A stretch of DNA of 57,613 nt, filler included, from Asterionella formosa (lineage: Eukaryota): NCBI GenBank assembly GCA_002256025.1. It is 4 parts of 4 records of this genome, joined end to end, with 100 filler letters (N's around TTAATTAATTAA, not from the genome) between each part and the next. Parts side by side here need not be neighbours in the genome. Positions count along the whole stretch, not along the records: positions 14,452 to 28,780 come from NKIB01006039.1; positions 28,881 to 43,200 come from NKIB01006051.1; 2 more parts are not named here. One strand, given 5' to 3'. Made by a program: the position numbers and the translations under genes. Of this stretch, positions 25,711 through 38,088 are shown piece after piece; position 1 is the stretch's first letter; each line of letters begins with the position of its first letter. The notes under the pieces were generated by a model. The model made no database searches, had not been told where the DNA came from, and worked only from the letters and a program-made list of their open reading frames with translations.

Positions 25711-27706
25711 ATGTTTGGAGGAAGCCGCAAAAACAACAACAGCAGCAGCAACAATTCGTTGTCGGCGTCTGTCATGTCGCCTGAAGGACCTCCATCAAGC
25801 AACAGCAACAAGAACAGTGTCACTGGGTTTGATCCAGAAGGATTAGAACGTGCTGCCAAGGCGGCGCGAGATTTGGACAATTCCAAAAATGCTTCCGCTG
25901 CTATTGAATTGATTAAAGTACAAGAATTGACCAAACAGGTGTGTGTCTGTGTGTCTGTGTAGGTTTGGTTTGGTTTGTCCTAAATCTTACTCACTTTTTA
26001 ACTATTGATGCTCTCACTAACTATTGATGCTCTCTCTCACTCACTCTCTCACGTCACCTGTAGCATGAATCAGCTGCCAAACGCGCCGAAATGGACGCCT
26101 ACACTCAACAAGTCCGCTCACAAAACATTGAAGCCGAGGCCAATGAGGCGCGCAAGACTTTGGACGCACAGACACAACATGAACGGCATCGGGCGGAGTA
26201 CCGTGATGAACTGGAACGTAAGCGGCAAGTGGATATGTTGAATGCACAAAAGTACATGCAAGAAGAGCAATTGCGCAAACAAGAAGAAATGGTGGCACGA
26301 CAAGAAGCCATGAGGCGCAAGACGGCAGAGTTGGAAGCGGAACTGAAAACAAAGACTGCGTTGGCACAAGCACAAGCGGAAGCGGAAGGGAGGATTCGTC
26401 AAGAGCGGATCAATCATGACTTGATTTTAGAAAAAGTTAGATTGGAAGCCGTGGAACAAAGAGATACAGTGCTAAAGGCGATTGCGGATGGGGGGAAACT
26501 GATTGGAGAAGGGTTGGCGTCGTATTTGGACGATAAGGACAAGTTGCGCAATACAGCCTTGACCGTTACTGGAATTGCTGTGGGAATATACGCGGCACGA
26601 ACATCCATTGGGATTGTTGGACGCTTTGTTGAAGCAAGACTTGGGAAGCCGTCCTTGGTGCGAGAAACGTCGAGATTGTCAGCGGGACATATCGTTAGGC
26701 ACCCATTGTCATCGGTACAGCGATTGTTGGGAGTAGGGGTGAAAGAGCAAGACGCTCTCAAAGGAATCGTCTTGGAAGGATCCCTGGACGATCAATTGCG
26801 CAAGATTGCTACCAGTACAGCCAACACGAAAAAGAATCGTGCACCCTTTAGACATTTGTTGCTTCATGGTGAGTGTTGCAAATCATTGCATTTTGCTTTC
26901 TGTAAATCTGAACTTCTTGCTGTTTATGCTTGAACTTTCTTATGCGATGGACTTGCCTCTTAACTTTTGTGCTTCATTCCTTTTCCATCTCGTTTCATCA
27001 AGGCCCACCTGGAACTGGAAAGACCATGTTTGCAAAGGGATTGGCTCAGCACTCTGGATTGGAATTTGCCATTTTAACGGGTGGTGACATTGCACCTCTG
27101 GGGAGAGATGCCGTGACAGAATTGCACAAACTCTTTGATTGGGCCAAAACATCGCGAAAGGGACTTTTGCTGTTTGTCGATGAAGCGGATGCGTTCTTGC
27201 AATCAAGAGAAACGGCCAAAATGAGTGAAGATCAACGAAATGCCCTAAATGCATTCTTGTACCGAACGGGAACTGAGAGCGATCAATTCATGATGGTATA
27301 TGCATCCAATCAACCATATCAGTTTGATGAAGCAGTCATGGATCGTATTGATGAAATGGTACCGTTTGATTTGCCAGGGCCACAAGAACGAAGAAAAATG
27401 ATTGCCATGTACATTGACAAGTACTTGTTGAATCCACCAAATCGTTGGGCTAAAACTGTGACAACAGAAGGGATTGGAGATGCTGAAATTGATCAAGTTG
27501 TAGCCGAGACGGAGGGATTTTCAGGACGTGCCATTTCGAAAATGGCCATTGCGTGGCAAGCAGCGGCGTACGGAACGGAGGGTGCTACTTTGGACAAGGC
27601 GGCTTTTTTCAAGACTTTGGAGCAGCATAAACAGAGCATTGAGCAAAAGGATGTTTGGCTTGATCAGGCACGGAAGCGAGCTTACCTGTTGACCACGGAC
27701 AGATAG
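25711..27706 (+). CDS. ATAD3: ATPase family AAA domain-containing protein 3; 3 exons (25711-25938, 26064-26868, 27003-27706)
   Basis: GFDPEGLERAAKAAR N-terminal motif, coiled coil, LGKPSLVRETSR, Walker A GPPGTGKT rebuilt across the intron, Walker B LLFVDEADAFL and DRIDE. GT-AG introns keep the frame. Confidence 0.95.
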
Positions 27707-28141
27707 ATTTTAAGAATGAACCAAAAGGAGTAACACACTAATCGAGTCTGGAAACCGTACCAATAGATCAATGCATCTCAAGTGAAAAATCATGTTTACA
27801 AAGAAAATCTCAAATTTTATCTATATACAGCTAACGCTTTGTTCGATGGGAATGATGTTGTGACAAGGATTCATATCTCCAAACTAAAGTATGCATTGAA
27901 TTGGTATAGAAATGAAAGGTGATGCCATTACGCCAAAACCAATAATGACTTTTCGAAACAAAAATTACTTTTGAATTATTCAGATCATGATGAATGCGGG
28001 CCAGATCGCCATATCTCAAAATAAAACACAAAAATTACAGGAAAATCATTAGTACACCCAAATATGCGAATGGGTACAAGGTTTTGTAGGCGAACACAAG
28101 TTGTAAAGGCTGCTGTGGTGAGAACAGCGGAGTAATTGCAC

Positions 28142-28780
28142 TCAGTGGTTATCAATGCCAACAGTGGACCAATCGTATTCTGATTGTTCATCTGGCAATG
28201 AATCGAGTTGTTCAATGTTACCCTTCAAGTCGTGACTGTCGTCTTCGGAATCATAACTAACTTGCTGATTTGCCATTTCGGGGCCAACGCTTTCAGTCCT
28301 TACATCGTCAATATCTCCTTTTCCGTTGCTCCGTAGCAGCCATCTAAACTCATCAGTGAACAAAACTGGTGTCGGTTGAATCTTATCAATAATCTCCTCC
28401 ACACTTTCAATTTGCATTGTGCACGCCGACACGTCGTCAAGCTTAGTAGGTTCGGCCAATGCATCCTCGCGGGTTACACAATCACGTGAATATTGTGCCG
28501 CAGCCGTCATGACAAGGGTATTGAGAAAGGCCAAAACGAAGGCAGATGCAATCAAAACATAGGTTCCATTCTCAATGCTTGCTCGGACTTTAAAGCATTG
28601 AGCATCTTCTATCGCAATGATTCCAAAAAAGGCCAAAGCAGAAAGAGTTGACGTCAGCGAGTCACAATAGCTTTCGATGAGAAACGCACTAATGGATCCC
28701 AATTGCCAAGCCGACACCATGACAGCAATAACAAACACTTCAATGTATTGCCATGCTTGACAAATCTCAGTCAATGTGAC
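28142..28780 (-). CDS. C-terminal part of a PqiA-like multi-pass membrane protein, 5' end cut by the gap
   Basis: Open frame from the gap; AWQYIEVFVIAVMVSAWQLG resembles the PqiA W..(L/I)(D/E)VF motif; further TM helix and acidic tail. Confidence 0.55.
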   Translation of the reverse strand, partial: VTLTEICQAWQYIEVFVIAVMVSAWQLGSISAFLIESYCDSLTSTLSALAFFGIIAIEDAQCFKVRASIENGTYVLIASAFVLAFLNTLVMTAAAQYSRDCVTREDALAEPTKLDDVSACTMQIESVEEIIDKIQPTPVLFTDEFRWLLRSNGKGDIDDVRTESVGPEMANQQVSYDSEDDSHDLKGNIEQLDSLPDEQSEYDWSTVGIDNH

Positions 28781-28880
28781 NNNNNNNNNNNNNNNNNNNN
28801 NNNNNNNNNNNNNNNNNNNNNNNNTTAATTAATTAANNNNNNNNNNNNNNNNNNNNNNNNNNNNNNNNNNNNNNNNNNNN
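28781..28880. other. Artificial contig linker
   Basis: N run with TTAATTAATTAA at 28825-28836. Confidence 0.95.
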
Positions 28881-29895
28881 AGCGTGTTGCGCGCCAGGCC
28901 GAACCTTCCTACTACCAAACTCTTGTAGCTTTCAGGTAGGTTGTTGATCATGTGTGCCACATAGGCACCATCCAAAACGGCGGAGCTTGTATTGCCCAAT
29001 CGTTCCAAGATACGATCCAACTCCACATACCAGCTGTCGGGGTTCTCGTTTTCCCCTAGAGTGCACTTCGTCCATTGGTGGGACAAGGCAATGACATTTG
29101 CCATGTTGCCTGACTCATACGTAGAAATGAGCTTGTCCCATGCTTCTTTAGCATTGCCGTTAGGAAACTCGGCACTTCTTGCATTATTTACATGTCCGAA
29201 TGGCCCGCTCTGGCATGCCATTATCAGACTTGCGTAAGCAACTGTGTTGCTCCTTCGGATGCGTCTCTCGTCAGCATCCGACAACACGATTGTATCACCC
29301 TTTAGGTCTTTCTCTCCTCTTGGTAGTTCGTCATTGTTAAGTATTCCTTGAAAGTTGCTTCTTGTAGCACGCGTATGCGAGAAACTTCGCTTTCCACATG
29401 TGCCATTTAGCATCTTGCCCATTGAATGTTGGCAACCTCATTGACGTGTCTTCGTCACTTCCCATCATTCCTGAGTAGCCTGTGCCCTTCAAAGCTACCG
29501 CTTTAAAGCGTGTTAAAGGTCTTGTACTCCTTCCCATCTGACGGGTTCCTCTTACGTAGGTCTTAACTGTTGTACCACTAGTATTGTTATCTTCTTTCTG
29601 CTGATAGCCTTCGTGCTAGTTCTCGCTATTGACCTTCTCACTCTGTCAATCCTCATCCTCTTTTTTTAAATTATAAGCTTAAACTAAAACTAAGTTTCAA
29701 TCCCATTCATTACACTTCGAGAACCTGTTCTTCGTGTTCCCTTTTCGTTGATGTAAACCTTCTTCTGATTGATCTAAGACATCAATCTCGTTAGCAAGCT
29801 TCTTGACATGGGAACGCATCGTTTGACTCATTGGACTATAGTCGAGTCCACAGTCCCTGTGACTCATTATAGCCATTGATGCTATATTCTTGACA
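28881..29895 (-). mobile_element. Copia 5' end: LTR (29511-29895) plus gag, cut by the contig end
   Basis: 385-bp LTR with TGTCA...TAACA termini on the minus strand. gag MMGSDEDTSMRLPTFNGQDAKWHMWKAKFLAYA...AKEAWDKL...ENPDSW...LPESY with one frameshift. Confidence 0.88.
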
Positions 29896-30043
29896 TACTT
29901 TGTACTTTCATCAAGTTTAGATTGTTGTCTTACATAACTATTTTTAGTTGGAAGGTAGAGTAAAATAACGGTGGCTTACAGTTTTTAAGTTGTACCCGGT
30001 AGCAGAACCATTATTGGTTGATCATCTATGACGAGCGAACAGA

Positions 30044-30582
30044 ATGTTTTCATTCCTGTTTTGCCTCCATAGTACTGCAAACAACTTGGCAACACCGACG
30101 TTGTCAACCCACCAAGAAAAGGTTTCTGTTTGGGACAACGTTCTGACTGAGCCAGCTCGAAATGCGCTTCATGGGGTGGCCAAGGCATCTGGACTCGGAC
30201 ATCACGTCTTTCAACGGTCAATTGGAGCTTCCAACTTGATAGAACAAACGCTGGACGTGATTCTCACGGAAATTGGGGATCCGACAAGGCAATTTGTCGA
30301 GTATTGGTCCAGACAGGAATGGCGACATATAGGAGCACATGCCGATGTAGACGAGAATTTGGCCAAAGAGCAAGATCGAGCAAATGGAGGACTAGCAACG
30401 GAAGCCTTCCGCTATCCTGACAAGGGGCATGTTCTTTACCTATAGATTGGAACTGATGTTCGGGGTCCCACCTGGCTGTGTATTTACTAATCAAACAACT
30501 GGTGGTGAACTCTCGAGGGGAGATGTGGAACTGGTGACTGTTCCCGCGGTTGGAGGGAGACTGTTAAGATTTGAAGGGAATT
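30044..30582 (+). pseudogene. Truncated 2OG-Fe(II) oxygenase-like host gene fragment
   Basis: VEYWSRQEWRHIGAHADVDE (HxD), HVLYL, in-frame TAG at 30443-30445, GPT and VPAVGGRLLRFEG, then an abrupt junction to Copia gag before the expected distal His. Confidence 0.65.
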
Positions 30583-31331
30583 TCCCATGCTTCTTTAGCA
30601 TTGCGTTAGGAAACTCGGCACTTCTTGCATTATTTATGTGTCCGAATGGACCACTCTGTCATGCCATTATCAAACTTGCGTAAGCAACTGTGTTTCTCCT
30701 TCCGATGTGTCTCTTGTCAGCATCCGACAACACAATCATATCACCCTTTAGGTCTTTCTCTCCTCTTGGTTGTTCGGCACCGTTAAGTATTCCTTGAAAG
30801 TTCTTGTAGTACGCGTATGCGAGAAACTTCGCTTTCCACATGTGCCATTTAGCATCTGGCCCATCAAACGTCGGCAACCTCATTGACGTGTCTTTGTCAC
30901 TTCCCATCATTCCTGAGTAGCCTGTGGCCTTTAAAGCTACGCTTTAAAGCATGTTAAAAGGTATCGTACTCCTTCCCTTCTGACGGGTTACCTCTTATGT
31001 AGGACTTACCTGTTGTATCACTAGTATTGTTATCTTCTTTCTGCTGCTAGCCTTCGTGCTAGTTTTCGCTATTGACCTTACTCTGTCAATTCTCACTGTT
31101 TCTTAATTATAAACTTTAACTAAAACTAAGTTTCAATCCCATTCATCACACTTCGAGAACCTGTTCTTCGTGTTCCCTTTTCGTTGATGTAAACCTTCTT
31201 CTGATTGATCTAAGACATCAATCTCGTTAGCAAGCTTCTTGACATGGGAACGCACCATTTGACTCATTGGACTAAAGTCGAGTCCACAGTCCTTGTGACT
31301 CATTATAGCCATCAATGCTATATTCTTGACA
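30583..31331 (-). mobile_element. Second truncated copy of the same Copia: LTR (30952-31331) plus 5' gag
   Basis: Highly similar to ~29137-29895; gag MMGSDKDTSMRLPTFDGPDAKWHMWKAKFLAYAY; ends at the oxygenase junction. Confidence 0.88.
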
Positions 31332-31974
31332 TCCTTGACCTCCGGTAGATACCTGGTAGGAGTACGAGGTACCTGGTACCTGGTACATAGTCATATCGTC
31401 ATATCTATTGAATATCTGTTACAGCAATTCCCGCTCCAACTATCGTCTTGCCATTTGGGTACTTCTAAGTAATTTTTAGGCTCTAAGTAATTTTTATTTA
31501 AGGGCAATATGGGGCACATCGAATTTTTCGGCAATAAAATCGCCGATTTTAGCATGACAACCAGAATAACGGTAGTAATATGCATAGTGAAGGTACAACA
31601 AGCGTAAAACACACGAGAATGATTGTAACATGCAACATCAATGAAAATTGAACATGATGTTTGGAGCAACCAAAGTATGAAATGCGATGTAATAAGTAGC
31701 ATCAAATGAGAAATAGAAGAAAGAAAATTTGGGTTAGAAATGAAATAAAAAATAAGAGTTCCAATGGAGACATATGCATTGTGAATCATTGTAGTACTTA
31801 CACAGGCAACATTGACTTTCCATCACCATACAATCGAAGACCGAAAGAAGAAGAAAAAAAGCTCAACCCAATGTAGACCTGCATCGTTATTTAGCATCAA
31901 TGGTCTGGTTGCTGCAACCATAGAGCGGGAATTACTCGCAGGCAAGTAGCCGCCGAGAAGGGTATTGTTGAGGA

Positions 31975-34900
31975 GATTTGCTGCTGCGGTCACAGCTTCC
32001 CCCTCCATGTCTGTTGGCAGCTTGTTTAACATCCGTTCAATAAAATCCTTCATTGACACCATGACTTTTCCTGGTGTAGTAAAATCAAGAATCATGCCTA
32101 GGTATTCATGATCTTTTCCACGGGTCTTTGTAAGGGGTGCCTCAATGCCAAATTCCGCCTCCAACTGCTTGATTACCTTCTTGGTAACCACATTTGGCTT
32201 GACATGAGATATCTTTAGATCATCCACATGCCATAATATTGTGCGTTGGGCCCATCAAATGTTTTGTTCATTACACACCAATCGTATGAATTCACCTCAA
32301 ATCCCCATTGTTTCAACTTTGTTGTAAGTTTCTTCCAAAAGAACAGCGCTGCCTTGAGAGTTCTGTACAATGCTTTCTTTAGTTCCACATATAAGACCTG
32401 CTTACCCCCTTGCATCTGCACTTGTTTGCGGTATAGTTTGGGTTCTATTTGCACAAGGAGTTTGGCCATTTTGCCTTCCAACTTCATGTGAACAACATCC
32501 TCCATATCCGCCTGCATGAATGCCCATGGTATGTCAATTGTGGCAACATCACGACCTTCCATTGCATCGATTACACAAGATAGCAGTCCTGATTCGATAC
32601 CGGTAGCCACAGTTGGTGAACTTGCCTCTTCCTGGTTTGTATATGCTCTCTGCTTTCGGCCGTTGGCACATCCCTGTCCCTTTATGACACCATTCCGTTT
32701 TTGTTTTAGGAACATTAAATATTGCAGAGCGCCTTGTCTTTCCTCACTTGTCATCTCTTTGGCGTTTACTGGCTCTAGGACCTTTCTGTCATGGAGCTGT
32801 TGTAGTTCCTTTAGTACTGCATCAATTACTGCATCACCGAGGAACTTAATCCCTTTTTTCATATTATGCTTTGTCATCACTGTATTTTCAAGAGTTGTAT
32901 GCATGTGACTATAGTCCCGAGGTTGTCTGGGTTGTAGTTCATATCCACTGCTTCGGGTCCCATATTTTGCATCCATTTCCTCGTCTAGCGACATGTTTTG
33001 TTGCTCCTCTTCATTGGCCACATCATTAATATTATCTTCAACATTTTCGCCCTCGATTTCGTTGTTATTCTCAATTGCGTTTTCTAGATTTTCCTTCTCA
33101 ATTTCGGCATTATCGTCAATTTCGTATCGTATATTTTCCTCCTCGATTTCGGCATTATCGTCAATTTCGTATCCTGTGAGGTGTTCTTCATCATACACTC
33201 CTGCGATGGGAGCATCAGGGATGTTCTCCGCATTGGAAGTTAGATAATAGTCATCATTGTATTTATTTATACTGGAATTGGCATCCTCATCAGGGTAATA
33301 GGACTCGTCATCACTATCATCATCATCAGGGTTGGTGAGAGAAGCACCATCACGATCAGTGAACATCAGCTCATGGGTGCCATTGCCGGTATTGCGACGA
33401 GCTAGGACATGCACTCGATCAATTACTTCTGCCGGCATAGGCAATGCGGTCCAATGATTCCGATTTAGAACTCGACCACTAGTGAGGCTGTAAAAATAGT
33501 AACCGCCTTGCTCGTTTCCTGTTGGTTGTAGTGCAATTGCCCCTGTAGTTCTGGTGGCCATGGAGTTGTCATGCTTTTCATGCACTTGCACATATGTACC
33601 GAACTCAAGTTTGCAGTGCTTATTGTAATCGATTAGTGTTCCAATCACAATGGCACAAGGGCTTAGTTTAGGAGATAATTAGGAGATATTCCATCTTCTG
33701 CTGGGAAAGCAACTGTTAAGCCAGAACACACTGTAATAGACCCAATTTCAGTTATCATCCTTGCTGGAATTCGCCGAAACGGCAATGTGTTAAATACACA
33801 ACGTGCGCGCTCTTTGATGGTACAAATGTATCTTTCCACTTCTGGAACATGTTCATAATTGGAAACAGTATTGAGATTGATTTATATTTCTGCCAGGTCA
33901 CCTCTGAGTGATTCAAATTGTCCATCCAGCATTAACAATGTTGAGATCTTAAATCCCCTCTTCATATAGAGGCTTTTCACTTGCTAACTTGCCCTTAGTA
34001 TTGTCTTGCTTTGTTGATTTTGCAGCATTTCTGCTGTCCCAAATTTGACATGATGGGACATGGTCACAAAGAAAGATATTTTTTTCACAAACATGATGTC
34101 ACCTCCCAAGATGATATTTTTATAGTGATTCATTATGCTGGCTGGGATGTAATTGAATTGATTTGGTTTTCCCTTTTACTAGTGATCCCACATCAGGACC
34201 AAATATATCCTCTGCCATCATGATGTCCCTTTGCGTCACTGGGCAGTTTGGTAGTAAATTGTTTTCCACAATTTTAGTGAATGTACGAGTACTTGGCCTT
34301 CCTATGATCTTTTGTAATTGACGAGCTAATACTGCACAAGAGTAGTCACGGTTGGTGTAGTTAGAACGGTTATTGTATACTGTATTAACCAGTGTGACCT
34401 CTTTAGTGCTGGTCATCTTGCTGTCCATGAAGTATAGACCACGATCTGATTGTTTAAACACTCTCATGGTTCCGTCTGGTTTATAAATGATGAACTAATT
34501 TCCATCCTTGCTATCATATTTAATGTGGTACCCACGTTCCTGCATTTTTGCCAAGGACAAGATGTTGGCAATCCCATTTGGATGGTACCACACTGTCCCA
34601 TATCCTGGCAAGTCACCAACAAAGTTAGTGCTTGTAACACCTGCATTGCAGTGAATATCCATGTGTTTTTCACCTTTTCTGATATTCCTGAGTAGATTTG
34701 CATTATAGAAGACATCAACAGTAGACTGATTGTCTAACAAGATCCAGCTCTTTGTGATTTTTCCGCTCTCATCTAGCTTCAATGATACTTCCTTGGTGTG
34801 CTGTAGGAATTGGAAGTGCTCCTCATGTTTAAACTCTCCATTATACCTGCCGTCAAAAGCATGGAGCCAGTTTGATGCTCCTGACGCGGCTCCTGACGCT

Positions 34901-36346
34901 CCTCTTCGCATTTGTAAGCAAAATGTCCCTGTTTGCCACATTTGTGGCATGTGATGTGTGCCAATTTATTTCGTCCAGATTTAGTGTGTCCACTGTTTGC
35001 AAGTGAAATATCTTGTTTTCCATGTTCACCATCTACATTGGTGAACGATACTCCATTGTTGACCAGTCCACTTGTACGTATGAGATTGCGGGGGTCTTGT
35101 TTCCAATTAGTAGTAAGCAGATTATAGGCTGCAGTGATGGATGTTGGGTAATTATTTTGGCCTTGGAGATAGTCATTCTCCAAGTTCTTGAGCAGGCGAC
35201 CAAACGTAGCCTTATCTGAACCAAGCATGAAGGCAACAGCCAAATAGCGGTTATGGGCCTCCTTCTCAATTTCCATTTGTTGCATGGTTTTGGCGTTTGC
35301 TGGATCAGCAGTGCCCCTCTCCATCATTATGGCTCTTTCGATTCCTGGTTGATGACCCACCATTCCTCCTGTATGCCCAATGACATCTATCATGTTTTGG
35401 AACTGTTCAAGATAAGCCTGGGTTGTCATATACTTTCCTTGAACCGTCATGCAGAAACACTGAGTCGATTCATACAGTGAATGTGGAAGATACTTTTGAC
35501 TCTGAAAGTTGATAGCAGTGTTTTTGATTGCTTTGAGCAATGCAAGACCATCACCATTGGTCGACATCTCCTCAAAATTGTGCAAGGCCTCCATTTTTTG
35601 CCTCATAATGTCTGTGCATTAGCCCGAGACTAGTAAATAGAGGGTCTTAATTTTCTCGCTTATGTAGGTTTTTCGCTTAACATATTAATTTACCTGCTTT
35701 TCCCAAATGCGCTCCTGAGTCCTGGATGCGCCTGCTGGTGGGTCATGAGGCTCAGCAATGTTTGGCACCTGAAGGTTTTCTACTGCCAATCAGATGTCGC
35801 CGCCATACTTGTAGGTCCACCCCACAAACTCAGCCACCTCCTTTGTTGTCTTGATAAACAAGTCTGCCTGTCTTGCATCTGAGCAATCCTAGACATGACC
35901 TTTCAGCTCATCGCATTTCCCTTCAAACTTGGGCTGCCGTGGAACAGCAGTCTTCTGGTTTCCGTACATGGTAGCTTCTTGCCACCAACACTTTCCTTCT
36001 TGTCTTTTGGTGTGGCATCACCACCGCCACCATCATTGGCTGCTGTATTGCCACCTCCCATTGTATTCGCCTCTTTCTTTACTAATTATGTTCAATCCAC
36101 AAGTTCGGACTGTATTCTATTGTGTCTGTAAGGCAACAATGGACAGAAGACAGTCTACATGGGAGGCTTTATCGATGTAAACCTGGTAATTAGTAAAGAA
36201 TGGGAAGAACTCATGTTAACTTTGTATATATAGTACCTACTTATCTGTCCACGTAACCTTCACTGTTGACGTGGCTTCTTTCTTTTTCTTTCCTTGTACT
36301 TTGACCTACTCACCGTCTGTATCTTGTACGTCCATATTTCCTAACA
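31975..36346 (-). mobile_element. Degenerate diatom-type Ty1/Copia retrotransposon (gag-PR-INT-RT), 3' truncated; candidate 5' LTR 36214-36346
   Basis: gag with zinc knuckle [14 protein letters not shown], protease WILLDNQST, integrase-region AEDIFGPD and FGTYVQVHE, RT DVATIDIP..LKKALY..HVDDLKISH. Many stops and frameshifts; no RNase H; TGTTA..TAACA-bounded segment upstream. Confidence 0.9.
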
Positions 36347-36890
36347 CGTACTCCCTTGAAATTTTGGCAGTCCATTTTCCTTAAGTAGACGGCAGTCCAT
36401 AGGGGGGCAATAGATGTCAGTAATCCATTTCCCTTAAATAAACGGCAGTCCATTTCGACAGGCAAATCTAGGGGCTATTGAAAATATTGAAGGTAGTTTG
36501 GTAGCCAAAAAACGGTTGAATATGAAATATTCAAAATATGCTTTGTATGATGGGCAATTGCAGGATTGAGTAATCCAAAAACTGTACTTATGAAATATAC
36601 AATATATGTTTTAAAGGGAGGGCAATTGGCTAGTTCGCATCCAACATACAAACTATTTAAAGCAGGTTTTCAATGTTAACAGAAAGGGCAATATAGTGGC
36701 GAAAAGCGCGCCGATAGCTAGTTTGTGAATTGCCTAGTCAAGACCCTACTCGGGTCTGCCTACTACCCTGGTACCAGGTAATACCTGGTACTTCAATTGA
36801 ACTACCGTATTCGTACCATTGGCTTTTTTCTTCTCGTTCCACCACCGCAGTCAACAGTCGCACTCCTCGCTCCGTGAATAGACTACAAGG

Positions 36891-38088
36891 ATGGGAACTT
36901 CTAGCTCATCACAGCGAGGAAAGGATGATATTGAGAAGTTTGATGGCATTGAAACGCTGGGATATCGCGTGTTGGGGGTTCAACCAAACTCGCCAGCCAG
37001 CAAGGCCGGACTCGTCAGTTTTCTTGACTTTTTAGTAGGTGCTGATCAAAAGATGTTGCTCGGCAGTGGAGAGAATCTGGAGGAGGGAGACGAATACGAT
37101 GATGTGGATCTGCCGGCCATGTTGCGCGACCATCTAAACATGCCACTCGAGTTGCGTAAGTTTGGCGGAACTTTGGGCGACGCTCGTTGGTGAACAATTG
37201 TAGCGCGTTCTGCGAGTCATTCTAACACTCGCTGCGTCTATCGTCACAGTGGTGTACAATATCAAGTCCCAAGAATCGCGATTGGTCACGTTGATCCCTT
37301 CCAGCTCTTGGGGTGGAGCTGGATTGCTCGGAGTTACCATTCGGTTGGACGACTATGGAGGCGCCGATGAACGCCTTATTCGAGTTCTCACCGTGGAGCA
37401 CAACTCTCCTGCCGCCATTGCGGGACTTTTGCCAGAAAAGGACTATCTGTTGGGAACTACGACTGAATCTTTTGAAGATACGTCCTCTCTATCTGATACA
37501 TTGCATCGTAACATCGACAAGGTTTGTGAAATTTATGTCTACAACACAGACAGTGATGTCGTTAGAGTTGTAGCGTTGATGCCCACTTGGAGCTGGGGCG
37601 GAGGAGGGCTCCTGGGCGCGGAAGTGGGAACAGGCTATTTGCACCGGTTGCCGCTGTCAGCTAGAAAAACTTCGGGAACCAGCATTGAAAGGAAAGTGAG
37701 GTGGGTTGGCGTGAAACCGACTTCACCAACCTCAACTCACGCGGAAAGCGGAACTCTTGAGGTGGAACCTCAATTAGAAATGGAAACTACCGAAGAGGGT
37801 ACAGCATCCCATGCGACGCCTCAAGAAGTTGCGGATCACGGTGAATCCACCAGGGAAGCAAAATGCACGGGAAGTGGCGGTTCCAGACAAGTGGCCCCAC
37901 TGCAAGAATCTGAACATAGCCCAGAGAACAGAATTAGTGGATATAAGAATCCCGCAAGTGCAGCTGATGTATTTTCCAATCCACCACCTAAGCAAGACAA
38001 CAAAAGAAGTTTCTCGTACACCTCTTCGGACGCTGCCAAGCAAGCCTTTACATCCCCTTACTACTCCGTACCAGCTCCATCTCTTTAA
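36891..38088 (+). CDS. GORASP: Golgi reassembly-stacking protein (GRASP55/65 family); 2 exons (36891-37155, 37250-38088)
   Basis: Myristoylation-type start MGTSSS; tandem PDZ-like GRASP domain (GYRVLGVQPNSPASKAGL, WGGAGLLGVTIR, WGGGGLLGAEVGTGYLHRLP); S/P-rich tail; intron 37156-37249. Confidence 0.93.

Noticed and set aside
33085..33175. YEIDDNAEIE(E/K)EN 45-bp duplication
   Set aside because: Ordinary low-complexity duplication in the Copia integrase-RT linker.
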